A stretch of DNA of 64,000 nt from an uncultured delta proteobacterium (GCA_903911145.1 CAIWCD010000002.1:1-64000), one strand, 5' to 3'. Shown: positions 9,672 through 19,013, counted from the first letter of the stretch. Program-made: numbers and translations. The notes: generated by a model from the letters alone, not told the origin.

Positions 9672-10424
9672 ATGGCGGACGGAACCATCGATGTGCGTGA
9701 GCATGGCGCGGTGCGCGTGCTCGCCTTCAACCGGCCCGAGAAGAAGAATTCGCTCACGCAGGCAATGTATCTCGCCCTCAACGCGGAGCTGAAGAAAGCA
9801 TCCGACGATCCGGCCGTGCGCGTGGTGCTGTTGACCGGCACCGATGGCGTCTTCACTGCGGGAAACGACCTCGGCGATTTCCTCCATGCGCCGCCGATCG
9901 GTGACGACGCGCCTGTCATCCAGCTGCTCTACATCCTCGCCGATTACGCAAAGCCGATCGTCGCTGCGATCGATGGTCCGGCTGTCGGAATCGGTACGAC
10001 GATTCTGCTGCACGTCGACGATTCGATCGCCACGACACGCGCGCGCTTTGCTCTCCCGTTCGTCAATCTCGGGCTCGTCCCCGAGGCGGGCTCGAGCCTT
10101 CTCTTGCCGCTGCTCGTCGGCATGCAGCGGGCCTCGCGCTGGTTATTGAGCGGCGAGGCATTCGACGCGCAGGCCGCGCTGGGCGCGGGTTTGATTAATG
10201 AGGTCGTCGCGCCCGAGGAACTCTTCACGACCGCGCTCGCCCGCGCGCAGACGCTCGCGCTGCGTCCAGCGGAAGCGCTCGTCGCGAGCAAGAAGCTCTT
10301 GCGAGATCCGCTGCGCGAGCAAGTGCGCACGACCATCCGCCACGAGGCGAAGCTCTTCGGCGAGCGGCTGCAATCGGCGGAAGCGAAGGCGGCGCTCGCG
10401 GGGTTTCTCGCGAAGCGGCGATAG
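9672..10424 (+). CDS. Enoyl-CoA hydratase/isomerase (crotonase family)
   Basis: NRPEKKNSL, FTAGNDL, AVGIGTT, LGLVPEAGSS; GGAGG RBS. Confidence 0.92.
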   Translation: MADGTIDVREHGAVRVLAFNRPEKKNSLTQAMYLALNAELKKASDDPAVRVVLLTGTDGVFTAGNDLGDFLHAPPIGDDAPVIQLLYILADYAKPIVAAIDGPAVGIGTTILLHVDDSIATTRARFALPFVNLGLVPEAGSSLLLPLLVGMQRASRWLLSGEAFDAQAALGAGLINEVVAPEELFTTALARAQTLALRPAEALVASKKLLRDPLREQVRTTIRHEAKLFGERLQSAEAKAALAGFLAKRR

Positions 10425-10473
10425 TTCCTCGATATCGGGCTGCAATCGCCCAAATTCAATTCGGAGAGGCCGA

Positions 10474-11238
10474 GTGATCGCCATCGAAGGCTACCAGTGT
10501 CGATTTGAGCCGCGAGGTGCTTTCTCGGCGCGACGCATGGGTGCCGCACGCGCGCCGCGTCCAGATTCGATTGAAGTGGAGATCAAGCCCAACGGGATCG
10601 CGACGCTTGTTCCGGGAGAAATTCTCGATCGCGATGACGCGGAGGATATCGACGACGTCATGCTCCCGAATCCGGTTCGCTTCCAGCTCGAGGGCAGAGA
10701 CCTGCTCGCCTTGCAGTTTGGCGAACCGGCAGAGAACGGGACGGCGCTCATTGCCTCAACCGGCGTTGCCGAAGAGTTGGGCCGATTCGAATCGGGATCC
10801 ATCGGCCAACACTGGAGCATCGTGACTGACAAGTTGGTCTGCTCCTGGCCAAGAGGGCTGGGCGTGGAGACAGGAAAAGGACGGAACGGGATCGACTTTC
10901 TTTTCTATGGAAACTTCGATTCGCGAGACGGGACGATCTTCATCCAAGGCCCATTTTCTGATCAGAACGCCCCCAACCCGCTCGATCTTGTTGCTCCAGG
11001 CCAATCGATCTGTGACTCCGATGTCACCTCAAGAGGACTCTGGGCCGACCTGACGTATCTGCACGAAGGCCAGCGCTGGACGCAGCGACGATTCCTGCTC
11101 GGCACCAGCGCGGACGGTGGGCATTTTCTAATCACTGGACAGGCGCCTGTCGAACCGGGGGATCCGTGGTTGGACAACGTCTTCATCGTGGCCGCGACGC
11201 TGCGACCCAGTTCGTCGGGAATGGCGGAGCGGCATTAG
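10474..11238 (+). CDS. Hypothetical protein
   Basis: GGAG RBS before GTG 10474. Protein-like composition that fills the gap between two plus-strand genes; no recognised motif. Confidence 0.6.
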   Translation: MIAIEGYQCRFEPRGAFSARRMGAARAPRPDSIEVEIKPNGIATLVPGEILDRDDAEDIDDVMLPNPVRFQLEGRDLLALQFGEPAENGTALIASTGVAEELGRFESGSIGQHWSIVTDKLVCSWPRGLGVETGKGRNGIDFLFYGNFDSRDGTIFIQGPFSDQNAPNPLDLVAPGQSICDSDVTSRGLWADLTYLHEGQRWTQRRFLLGTSADGGHFLITGQAPVEPGDPWLDNVFIVAATLRPSSSGMAERH

Positions 11239-11334
11239 CAAGACAAACGACGAGCATGAAGTCGAAGGCGCACCGATTTGCAGGTATATCGTCCGTCCCG
11301 CGCACGCATGCGCATCCAACGCCAGGAGCACGAC

Positions 11335-12156
11335 GTGTCCAATCTCAAAGGTAAGACCCTCTTCATCTCCGGCGCGAGCCGCGGCATCGGACTCGCGATC
11401 GCGCTGCGGGCCGCGCGGGACGGGGCCAATATCGTCATCGCGGCCAAGACGACCGAGCCGCACGCGAAGCTTCCCGGCACGATCTACACGGCCGCGGAGG
11501 AGATCGAGAAGGCCGGCGGCAAGGCGCTGCCCTGCATCGTTGATATCCGCGACGAGAATCAGATTGCCGCCGCCGTGCAGAAGGCGGTCGATACCTTTGG
11601 CGGCATCGATATCCTGGTGAATAACGCCAGCGCCATTAGCCTCACGGGCACGGTCGATACTTCAATGAAGCGATATGACCTGATGCACTCGGTGAATACG
11701 CGCGGTACGTTCGCCTGCTCGCAGGCCTGCATTCCCCACCTCAAGAAGTCGAGCAATCCGCATATCCTGATGAACTCGCCGCCGCTCAATATGGAGGCGC
11801 GCTGGTTCGCGCCGCACGTGGCCTATACGATCGCGAAGTTTGGAATGAGCCTCTGCGTATTGGGAATGGCGGAGGAGCTGCGCGACGATGGGATCGCCGT
11901 CAATGCGCTCTGGCCGCGCACCGTGATCGCAACCTCGGCGGTGAAGAATCTCCTCGGCGGCGACGATACGATCCAGGGGAGCCGCTCGCCGGAGATCATG
12001 GCCGATGCGGCCTATGCGATCTTCAATCGGCCGAGCCGCTCATTCACTGGCAACTTCTGCATCGACGACGAAGTGCTCAAGGCCGAAGGAATCACCGACC
12101 TCGCGAAGTATCAATCGGTGCCCGGCGCGGATTTAATCCCTGACTTCTTTATCTAA
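11335..12156 (+). CDS. SDR family NAD(P)-dependent oxidoreductase (HSDL2-like)
   Basis: SGASRGIG, NNASAI, YTIAK (YxxxK), NALWPRT; AGGAG RBS. Confidence 0.93.
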   Translation: MSNLKGKTLFISGASRGIGLAIALRAARDGANIVIAAKTTEPHAKLPGTIYTAAEEIEKAGGKALPCIVDIRDENQIAAAVQKAVDTFGGIDILVNNASAISLTGTVDTSMKRYDLMHSVNTRGTFACSQACIPHLKKSSNPHILMNSPPLNMEARWFAPHVAYTIAKFGMSLCVLGMAEELRDDGIAVNALWPRTVIATSAVKNLLGGDDTIQGSRSPEIMADAAYAIFNRPSRSFTGNFCIDDEVLKAEGITDLAKYQSVPGADLIPDFFI

Positions 12157-12171
12157 GCAGGGATTAAAAAC

Positions 12172-12546
12172 TCAGCGCGACATCGAGGCCATCTTCTTCA
12201 CGGCGGCAACGAGGATATCGGCCTTGAATGGCTTGATCATCCACGCCTGACAGCCGGCCTTCTTGCCGCGCATCATCAGCTCCGTGTTGCCCTCGGTCGA
12301 GAGGACCGCGATGGGCATCTTGTGCCCTTCCTTGCGCACGGTCTCGATGAGCTGGATGCCGTTCATGATGGGCATATTGATATCGCAGACCACGGCGGCG
12401 AAGCCGGGCGTCGACCGGATCTTGTTGACGCCATCCTGGCCATCGACCGCTTCGGTCACGTCGAATCCTGCATCCGTCAGCGCCATGCGAACCTGCTGGC
12501 GCACGAGTGGCGAGTCGTCGACAACGAGTACCTTCTGAGCAGCCAT
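12172..12546 (-). CDS. Single-domain CheY-like response regulator
   Basis: VLVVDDS, CDINMPIMNG (phospho-Asp), LSTEG, IKPF. Confidence 0.92.
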   Translation of the reverse strand: MAAQKVLVVDDSPLVRQQVRMALTDAGFDVTEAVDGQDGVNKIRSTPGFAAVVCDINMPIMNGIQLIETVRKEGHKMPIAVLSTEGNTELMMRGKKAGCQAWMIKPFKADILVAAVKKMASMSR

Positions 12547-12614
12547 AATTCCCTTTTTTTGCGCGTCGCGCTTCGACGATCAGGTGCCGCGTTGGTGTTG
12601 AAAATTCGTGTCGC

Positions 12615-13271
12615 TCAATCGAAGAGAACCAGCTCTCCAGCATTCGCGGCGCCGAGCAGCTCTGTGCCGCTGATATTGGCGATCGCAGGAGGAGGAGTCT
12701 CGGGAGGCGGCAACTGAAGCTGCTTGGCAACCGCGTGTTCGAGATCATACGCGAGCCGATCGAGGCCCAGCATCGACTGCGCTACCGGATCGATGACCTG
12801 AAGCGCCGAGAGAGCCGAGTGCGACTGGAGCACGATGCCCTGCATCTTCTCGTCCGCGTGCGCCACCAACTCGCCTAGGTCGCTGCGAAGAGATAGAAGA
12901 GCTTGCTCGAATCCCGCCAGACTCGTCCCCAGCGACGCCGAAAACACGCGCGAGACCTGGCTCTTGACGACTGCGTGTTGAACCGCTTCGCTTTGTGCAG
13001 CGACGCTGCGGCCGATGTCGCGGAGATATTCGCTCGTCGCGTGGCCCTGCGCCTGAAACGCAACCGATATATCCGCATTGGTCGAAGTGGCGGTGCGCAA
13101 AGCCTGTACGCGCGTGGTCAACCACCCAGCGTGGTCGACAATCGCCTTGAGCGCCTCGCCGGTCTTCAGGCCGGCCTGCTCGCTCAACGCGTTCGCTTGC
13201 CGGATCCGATCGGCCGCGTCGCTGCGAAAGCGCGCAACCAATTCGAGCGCACCTGTTCCCACTTCCGTCAT
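12615..13271 (-). CDS. Coiled-coil chemotaxis-associated protein, degenerate MCP-like
   Basis: Helical heptads, ALSALQVIDPVAQ (LQFQD-like) and a C-terminal AGELVLFD tail; lies upstream of the CheY-like gene. Confidence 0.55.
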   Translation of the reverse strand: MTEVGTGALELVARFRSDAADRIRQANALSEQAGLKTGEALKAIVDHAGWLTTRVQALRTATSTNADISVAFQAQGHATSEYLRDIGRSVAAQSEAVQHAVVKSQVSRVFSASLGTSLAGFEQALLSLRSDLGELVAHADEKMQGIVLQSHSALSALQVIDPVAQSMLGLDRLAYDLEHAVAKQLQLPPPETPPPAIANISGTELLGAANAGELVLFD

Positions 13272-13513
13272 CGATTCATCCCGTGCATACCAATGCACTT
13301 GTCACTTCCAATCAGCTAGATTGCAATTGTTGCATATTGCACAGCGGCGCGCATCTCGGCAAGCCGAGGCTTGCGTATACCAGCGCACGCAACCGGAAGG
13401 ATAGGAAGCATTGATTGGGGATTGAACGGAGGCGCCCGCAGAGGGCGAGGCGACGCGCGATTGCCTGACTGCTGGACAATCGCGCGCGCCAGTCGCGCAG
13501 AGTGCGCGAGCGA

Positions 13514-13810
13514 CTACTTCTTGTGCTTGGCGTTCCAGGACTCGCGAGCGGCTTCCTGCTGCTTCTTCGAGAGCGACTTGAGGTGCTCCTCGCAGATGAA
13601 GCCATAGCGCGGGCCGCGCGAGCGGTTCTTGCAGCCGTCAACGCGGCAGTTCATATCGAGCTTGCGGCCAGCGGTGCTGCGGCGCGGGCGGCCGGGACCG
13701 CGGGTGGCCTTGGCTGCGGCGGCCGGGGCGCTGTGCTTACCGCCGAGGCGCTCCGCGATCAGGTCGGCGAGGTGGTGCAACACGCTATCGAGATGGTTGG
13801 TCTTGGGCAT
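13514..13810 (-). CDS. Small basic protein with AT-hook-like motif and C3H zinc-binding motif (VegA-like architecture)
   Basis: RGPGRPRR, CRVDGCKNRSRGPRYGFICEEH; Lys/Arg-rich. Confidence 0.75.
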   Translation of the reverse strand: MPKTNHLDSVLHHLADLIAERLGGKHSAPAAAAKATRGPGRPRRSTAGRKLDMNCRVDGCKNRSRGPRYGFICEEHLKSLSKKQQEAARESWNAKHKK

Positions 13811-13817
13811 AACGGTG

Positions 13818-13845
13818 CTTATACGCGCTTCAATCAGTTTGACAA
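13818..13845 (-). promoter_or_regulatory. Sigma70-like promoter, probably leaderless
   Basis: TTGTCA-16bp-TATAAG, then 7 nt to the ATG; no SD sequence. Confidence 0.55.
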
Positions 13846-13992
13846 CAGCTAAATGACGTATCGCGACTATGGTGATTCAATCGAAGGCTATCCGCTCTCC
13901 TCTGGCGGGGCATAGCAAGAGTGAATCAGTGTGGACGCGCGGGTATCAACGAATCGAACGGACTGAATTCAATCAGCGGGCCCGTTCAATGC

Positions 13993-16770
13993 CTATTTAC
14001 CCGACTTGCCGAAGAGCACTGCGAAGCTCTTCGCCTGCGCCTCGCGACGGGAAATACAGAGCCGTGCGGCCTCGAGCCCCTGCTCGAGTTCAAGCGCTGC
14101 GCCCGGCACCTTCGCAATGCGAGGGCGGAGAAAGGATTCGATTGCATTCAATTGCGCGCGCTCGCAGCTCGATTGAGCCAACGATCGAACCAGATTCGAT
14201 TCGCTATCGGCCGGAATCCGGGCGAGCAGTGCGTCCCAATGACCTTCAATCCAATCCACCGCGGCCGCGCGCGTCTCGTCGTGCGAGAGCTGGCCGCTGG
14301 GAATCTGCAGCCGCTCGTTCTGGCGCAGCCGCGAATCGAGCGAGAGCGCGAGCAGCGCAGGCGTCGCCGTGGCATCGCGCAACTCGGAAAGGGCATCGAG
14401 AATGCGCGCGCGAATCGGCACCTGCTCCTCGGTGGCGAGCCGCTCAATCAATTTCAGCCGCACCTCGGGACCGCTCTCCTTCACCGCCAGCGCGAGCGCG
14501 AGCGAGGCCAATTCCGGAGGCACCGCGGAGGAATCAAACGCCGCCGCCTCGAGGTGCGCATAGGCAAGGCCGCGCCGCTTGCCCTCCTCGCGCACCGCTC
14601 CATCGCGAGCCGTGAGCGCGAGCGCAGTGAGCACCGCGGTCCGCTCGTCGCGCGTCGCCAGATCGTCCTCTTTCGCGGCAATCCATCCAACCTTCTTCCC
14701 GAGCGGCGAATAGGTCCTGCGCGCATACCCCTCGAGCGTCGGACGCAGCGCCGGATCGAGGACGTGCTCGTGCGCATCGGCGAGAAGATCGGCCAGCACG
14801 AGGCTCACGGTCGGCTCTCGATCGTGGGAGAGCGCCTCGAGCGCGTGCGCCGCCTCGGTCACCGGAAGTCTGCTCTGCCAATAGGAGGCCAGCAGATTGG
14901 CAGCGAGCGACGCCCGCTCGGGGACCGACTGCTTCCCGCGCCCCTTGATGAGCAGCTCGAGATCATTGGCATTCAAACTGAAATGGAAATAGCCAAGCCC
15001 GCCCTGGTTCGGCATCAGCCAGTCCGGGCAGCGCTTGCCCGGCAGCTCGAGTTCGCCCGTCTTCTCGGTCAAGAGCGTGCAGGCCGAGAGAGTCTCGCCG
15101 AGCACGCCCGCGTTGATGCAGATGGGCAGTTGCCAGCGCTGCGCCTTGATTGCCTCACTCACCGCGGCGCCCACCGGCAGCGAGCGCTCCTGCTCGAGGA
15201 GGACCTTCACGGTCTTGCCGACGCAGGAGAGTCTGGCATGCACGCGCGGCACGCCCGGCTGGTCGAGGAAGCTGCGCATCGGAGCGCCTACGTCGCGCCC
15301 TGCCGCCTCGCTCAAGGCCGCGAAGAGATCGTCGCTCGAGCCACTGCCGCCTGCGTGCGCGCGCAGATATTTCTGGATGCCCTTGCGGAAATTCGCCGGT
15401 CCGATCCACGCCTCGATCATCGAGAGAAGGCGGGCGCCCTTCTCGTAGGTGAGCGAGTCGAACTCGTTCCAGATCGAGGCCTCGTCCTCGACGGGCTTGC
15501 GGATCGCGCGGGCCGTGAGGGTGGCGTCGCTGAGCATCGCCGCGTGCACCCGCGCAAGCTGGCCGATCTGCGCGCGCAACTCGGGCCGCCACTCCTCGAC
15601 CGTGCGCGTCTCCATCCAGGCGGCGAACGATTCATTGAGCCACGCATCGGTCCACCAGCGCAGCGTGACGAGATCGCCGAACCACTGGTGGGCCATCTCG
15701 TGCGCCATCGTGACGGCGATGTTCGACTCGGCGCGCAGCCCCTCGATGCTCGGAGAGAAGAGCAGATCCTCCTCGCAATAGGTGATTGCGCCAGCGTTCT
15801 CCATCGCGCCCCACGCAAAGTCAGGGACGGCGATCTGGTCGAGCTTCTCGTACGGGAAGCCGATGCCAAACCAGGCCTCGAGGCGCGGAAGCAGCGCCGC
15901 CGTCGCCTCGAGCGCAAAGCGCAGCTCGCCACCTCGCCCCTGCGGCGCGATCCCGCGAATCGGCAGCGGATGATCGCGGACTTCATTCGGCGGCAGCGGC
16001 GGCATCGGCACGACGTCGAACGGGCCGACCGCGAACGCGAGCAGATAGGTCGGCAGCGGCGCGGTGGTGTTGAAGCGCACGCGGCGCATTCCCGCATCGA
16101 CCAACTGATCGTCGTTGATCGATGTGTTCGAGATCGCCACGTCCTTCGCAGGCACGACCAGCTCGATGTCCCAGGGGATCTTGAAGGCCGGCTCGTCGAA
16201 TCCGGGAAACGCGCGTCGCGCCGAGATCACCTCGAATTGCGTGAAGGCGTACGGCAGCTGCTTCTCTTTCGCGACATAGAGACCGGCGAGCTGCTCGCCG
16301 AACGGCGCGTCCCACGCGATCGTCAGCAGCGCACGACCCGCGACCGCGCAAGGCAGCGAGATGCGCACCAACCCGCCCTCGTTGACCTGCTCGTATTTCA
16401 CGGGAAGGCGCGCGCCCTGCAGATCGATGTGCGACTCGGTGACGTGCAGGTCGCGGCCGTGGATCCAGATCGTCGAGCGCGGCTGGTCGAGCTGCAGCGC
16501 GATCGCGGCGAGGCCCGAGAAGCGCGGCTGCGCGGGATCGATGTTGAGCGAGAGCGCCGCCGAAGTCGGCCGGACGTCGCCGGGCAGACGCAGCGCGGGC
16601 GGCAGCTCCCTGGCGGCCCTGGGATCGATCGGAAGAACGCGCGCGGTGCTCTCTTCGGGAAGCGGCGTGCACACGTCGGGCGCAGCTGCGGCAAGCGCCG
16701 GCGTTCCTGCGATGGCGAAGACGCAAAGTGCCGCGCAGGCCAGACTGCGCGGTGCGGTTCGAGCGGACAT
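13993..16770 (-). CDS. M1 family zinc aminopeptidase with ERAP1-like C-terminal domain, secreted
   Basis: GAMEN, HEMAHQWFGDLVT...WLNES, YEKG; N-terminal signal peptide. Confidence 0.95.
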   Translation of the reverse strand: MSARTAPRSLACAALCVFAIAGTPALAAAAPDVCTPLPEESTARVLPIDPRAARELPPALRLPGDVRPTSAALSLNIDPAQPRFSGLAAIALQLDQPRSTIWIHGRDLHVTESHIDLQGARLPVKYEQVNEGGLVRISLPCAVAGRALLTIAWDAPFGEQLAGLYVAKEKQLPYAFTQFEVISARRAFPGFDEPAFKIPWDIELVVPAKDVAISNTSINDDQLVDAGMRRVRFNTTAPLPTYLLAFAVGPFDVVPMPPLPPNEVRDHPLPIRGIAPQGRGGELRFALEATAALLPRLEAWFGIGFPYEKLDQIAVPDFAWGAMENAGAITYCEEDLLFSPSIEGLRAESNIAVTMAHEMAHQWFGDLVTLRWWTDAWLNESFAAWMETRTVEEWRPELRAQIGQLARVHAAMLSDATLTARAIRKPVEDEASIWNEFDSLTYEKGARLLSMIEAWIGPANFRKGIQKYLRAHAGGSGSSDDLFAALSEAAGRDVGAPMRSFLDQPGVPRVHARLSCVGKTVKVLLEQERSLPVGAAVSEAIKAQRWQLPICINAGVLGETLSACTLLTEKTGELELPGKRCPDWLMPNQGGLGYFHFSLNANDLELLIKGRGKQSVPERASLAANLLASYWQSRLPVTEAAHALEALSHDREPTVSLVLADLLADAHEHVLDPALRPTLEGYARRTYSPLGKKVGWIAAKEDDLATRDERTAVLTALALTARDGAVREEGKRRGLAYAHLEAAAFDSSAVPPELASLALALAVKESGPEVRLKLIERLATEEQVPIRARILDALSELRDATATPALLALSLDSRLRQNERLQIPSGQLSHDETRAAAVDWIEGHWDALLARIPADSESNLVRSLAQSSCERAQLNAIESFLRPRIAKVPGAALELEQGLEAARLCISRREAQAKSFAVLFGKSGK

Positions 16771-16851
16771 AAGTCCGAGTTATCCACAGCGCGCGCGAAA
16801 CTTCACTTTTTTGGCCGGGGTGCGCGGCAGGGACATTCTGCCGCGCAGGCG

Positions 16852-17787
16852 CTAAGCGTGTCCGTGCTCTCCGAGAAACCGCTCCGCATCGATCGCCGCC
16901 ATGCAGCCCGTTCCGGCCGCGGTCACGGCCTGTCGATAGATCGGATCGGCCGCGTCGCCTGCCGCAAAGACGCCCGCGATGTTCGTGCGCGTCGAGCCCG
17001 GCGCCACCTTGATGTAGCCGACGTCGTCGAGCTCAATTTGCCCCTTGAACAGCTCGGTGTTCGGCTGGTGGCCGATCGCAATGAAGAGCCCCTTGGCCGC
17101 GACGACCTTCTCCGTGCCGTCCTTCAGATTCTTCGTGCGCACGCCCGACAGACCCGTCGCCTTCTCGCCAAGCACCTCGATGATCTCCTGGTCGAGCTCC
17201 CACGCGATCTTGGGGTTCGCCTGCGCGCGCGCGATCATCACCTTCGAGGCGCGGAACGTGTCGCGGCGATGAATCACGGTCACCTTGCTGCACATCTTCG
17301 AGAGGTAGTTCGCCTCCTCCATCGCGGTGTCGCCGCCGCCGACGACGAGCACTTCCTTGTTGCGGAAGAAGAAGCCGTCGCACGTCGCGCAGGCCGAGAC
17401 GCCGTGGCCCGAGAGCGCCTTCTCCGAGGGCAGGCCGAGCCACTTGGCCGTCGCGCCGGTGCAGATCACGACCGTCTCCGCGAGCATCGTGCGCCCATCG
17501 GACGCGACCGTGAACGGCCGCTTCGCGAAATCCACGCTCGTCACCACGTCGTCGATGATCTCGGTGCCGAACCGCTTCGCCTGCTCGCGGAAGAGCTCCA
17601 TCATCTCCGGCCCCATGATGCCCTTCGGGAAGCCCGGATAGTTCTCGACGTCATTGGTGATGGTCAGCTGCCCGCCCGGCTGCATCCCGGTGAAGAGCAC
17701 GGGCTTCAAATTCGCGCGCGCCGCGTAGATCGCAGCGGTGTATCCAGCAGGCCCAGAGCCGACGATGACGATCGCGTGCTTCTCCAT
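16852..17787 (-). CDS. trxB: Thioredoxin-disulfide reductase
   Basis: GSGPAGYTAA, SACATCDGFFF, VGGGDTAMEEA, QAVTAAGTGC. Confidence 0.97.
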   Translation of the reverse strand: MEKHAIVIVGSGPAGYTAAIYAARANLKPVLFTGMQPGGQLTITNDVENYPGFPKGIMGPEMMELFREQAKRFGTEIIDDVVTSVDFAKRPFTVASDGRTMLAETVVICTGATAKWLGLPSEKALSGHGVSACATCDGFFFRNKEVLVVGGGDTAMEEANYLSKMCSKVTVIHRRDTFRASKVMIARAQANPKIAWELDQEIIEVLGEKATGLSGVRTKNLKDGTEKVVAAKGLFIAIGHQPNTELFKGQIELDDVGYIKVAPGSTRTNIAGVFAAGDAADPIYRQAVTAAGTGCMAAIDAERFLGEHGHA

Positions 17788-17886
17788 GTGCAAAACCCCT
17801 CGCGTTGAGTGCGCCCTTCTAGAGCAGATCCGGCGCAAATGCTCTTGCGTCAGATGCGCGCGACCTCTGTTAGGATTTGAGCACGC

Positions 17887-18348
17887 ATGGACCCGACCCA
17901 GCTCAAGCAGATCCCGCTCTTCGCGAACCTCACGCCCGCGCACCTCGCGAGCGTCGCGGCGATCGCGGCCACCAAGAGCTTCAAGGCCAACGAGAAGATC
18001 TTCGAGGAGGGCGAGGTCGGCGGCGAGATGTTCCTCATCGCGACGGGCAAGGTCCGCATCTCGAAGATGGTCCCGGGCGTCGGCGAAGAGGCGCTCGCGA
18101 TCCTCGAGCCGGGCAGCTACTTCGGCGAGATGGCGCTCATCGACGACACGCCGCGCTCGGCCGACGCGACCGCGCACCAGGCCTGCACGCTGCTCACGAT
18201 CCAGAAGTCGGCGCTCGAGACGCTGATGCTGGCGAACAAGGATCTCGCGTACGAGCTGCTCACGACGTTCGTGAAGACGCTCTCGGGGCGGCTGCGGGAG
18301 ACGAACGATAAGATCAAGGCGTTCTTCGCGTTGAGCGCACGGTACTAG
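17887..18348 (+). CDS. Cyclic nucleotide-binding domain protein without an HTH
   Basis: IFEEGEVG, YFGEMALIDDTPRSA. Confidence 0.9.
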   Translation: MDPTQLKQIPLFANLTPAHLASVAAIAATKSFKANEKIFEEGEVGGEMFLIATGKVRISKMVPGVGEEALAILEPGSYFGEMALIDDTPRSADATAHQACTLLTIQKSALETLMLANKDLAYELLTTFVKTLSGRLRETNDKIKAFFALSARY

Positions 18349-18351
18349 CGC

Positions 18352-18481
18352 GCCGCGGGGCGCCGGTGCTGCTGGCCGTGCTCGGACATGCATCCGCGGC
18401 TGACGCAGAGAGTGCTCGCTGCGGAGAGTCGTGCGGCCGCTGCTGAACTGCGCGCGGCCTGCAGCACCGGCGCCCCGCGGC
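18352..18481. repeat. 130-bp element bounded by perfect 21-bp inverted repeats
   Basis: GCCGCGGGGCGCCGGTGCTGC (18352-18372) and its exact reverse complement (18461-18481); pairing extends ~9 bp inward with mismatches. Confidence 0.85.
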
Positions 18482-18575
18482 TATGACCGGACGAAAAGAG
18501 ATCGACGCAAAGATCGCGCGACGACGATCAGACGTTCCACTTGATCGTTGCCGTCAGTCCTTAAGGAGTCATCAC

Positions 18576-18898
18576 ATGGCATTTTCGATCCGCTGCGCCG
18601 CGCTGCTCCTCGTCGCGTTCGTCCTGTCGGCTCCGCCTTCAAGGCGAAGCTCGCCGTCATCCAGTCTCTCAAGGGCAAGCCACCGGTTGGCGATTCCTTC
18701 GAGGCAGAGACCAGCCACGACGAGCCACCTGTACATGCCTGCCCACTGGTCCTGAAGGCTGGCAAGAGCTACCTGCTGTTTCTGCGCTACGAAGGCAGCG
18801 CGCTGGTGCTCGAGCGCTATCACTCCTGGGATGGCGAAGTGGGCGACGTCCGAACGGACGCGTATGTGCGCGAGATCGCCGCGATGCATCTGCAGTGA
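18576..18898 (+). pseudogene. Frameshifted or internally deleted secreted protein
   Basis: TAAGGAG RBS and the signal peptide MAFSIRCAALLLVAFVLSAP lie in one frame. The protein-like body (AFKAKLAVIQSLKG...CPLVLKAGKSYLLFL) is in another frame from ~18635. Confidence 0.6.
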
Positions 18899-18948
18899 AT
18901 TCCCGCGGCAGCGGTATCGAGCCGAGACTGCACGAATGACTCGTTCGG

Positions 18949-18984
18949 CGCGACCCTACATTTTGTACAAATTGTAGGGTCGCG
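18949..18984. repeat. 36-bp near-perfect palindrome between convergent genes
   Basis: CGCGACCCTACATTTTGTACAAATTGTAGGGTCGCG, one mismatched pair. Confidence 0.85.
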
Positions 18985-19013
18985 GCGGAGCATCTCTTTC
19001 GCGGGGCGAGCGA

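Noticed and set aside
16780..16788. Replication origin
   Set aside because: Only one DnaA box, no AT-rich unwinding region, and no dnaA/dnaN/gidA context.
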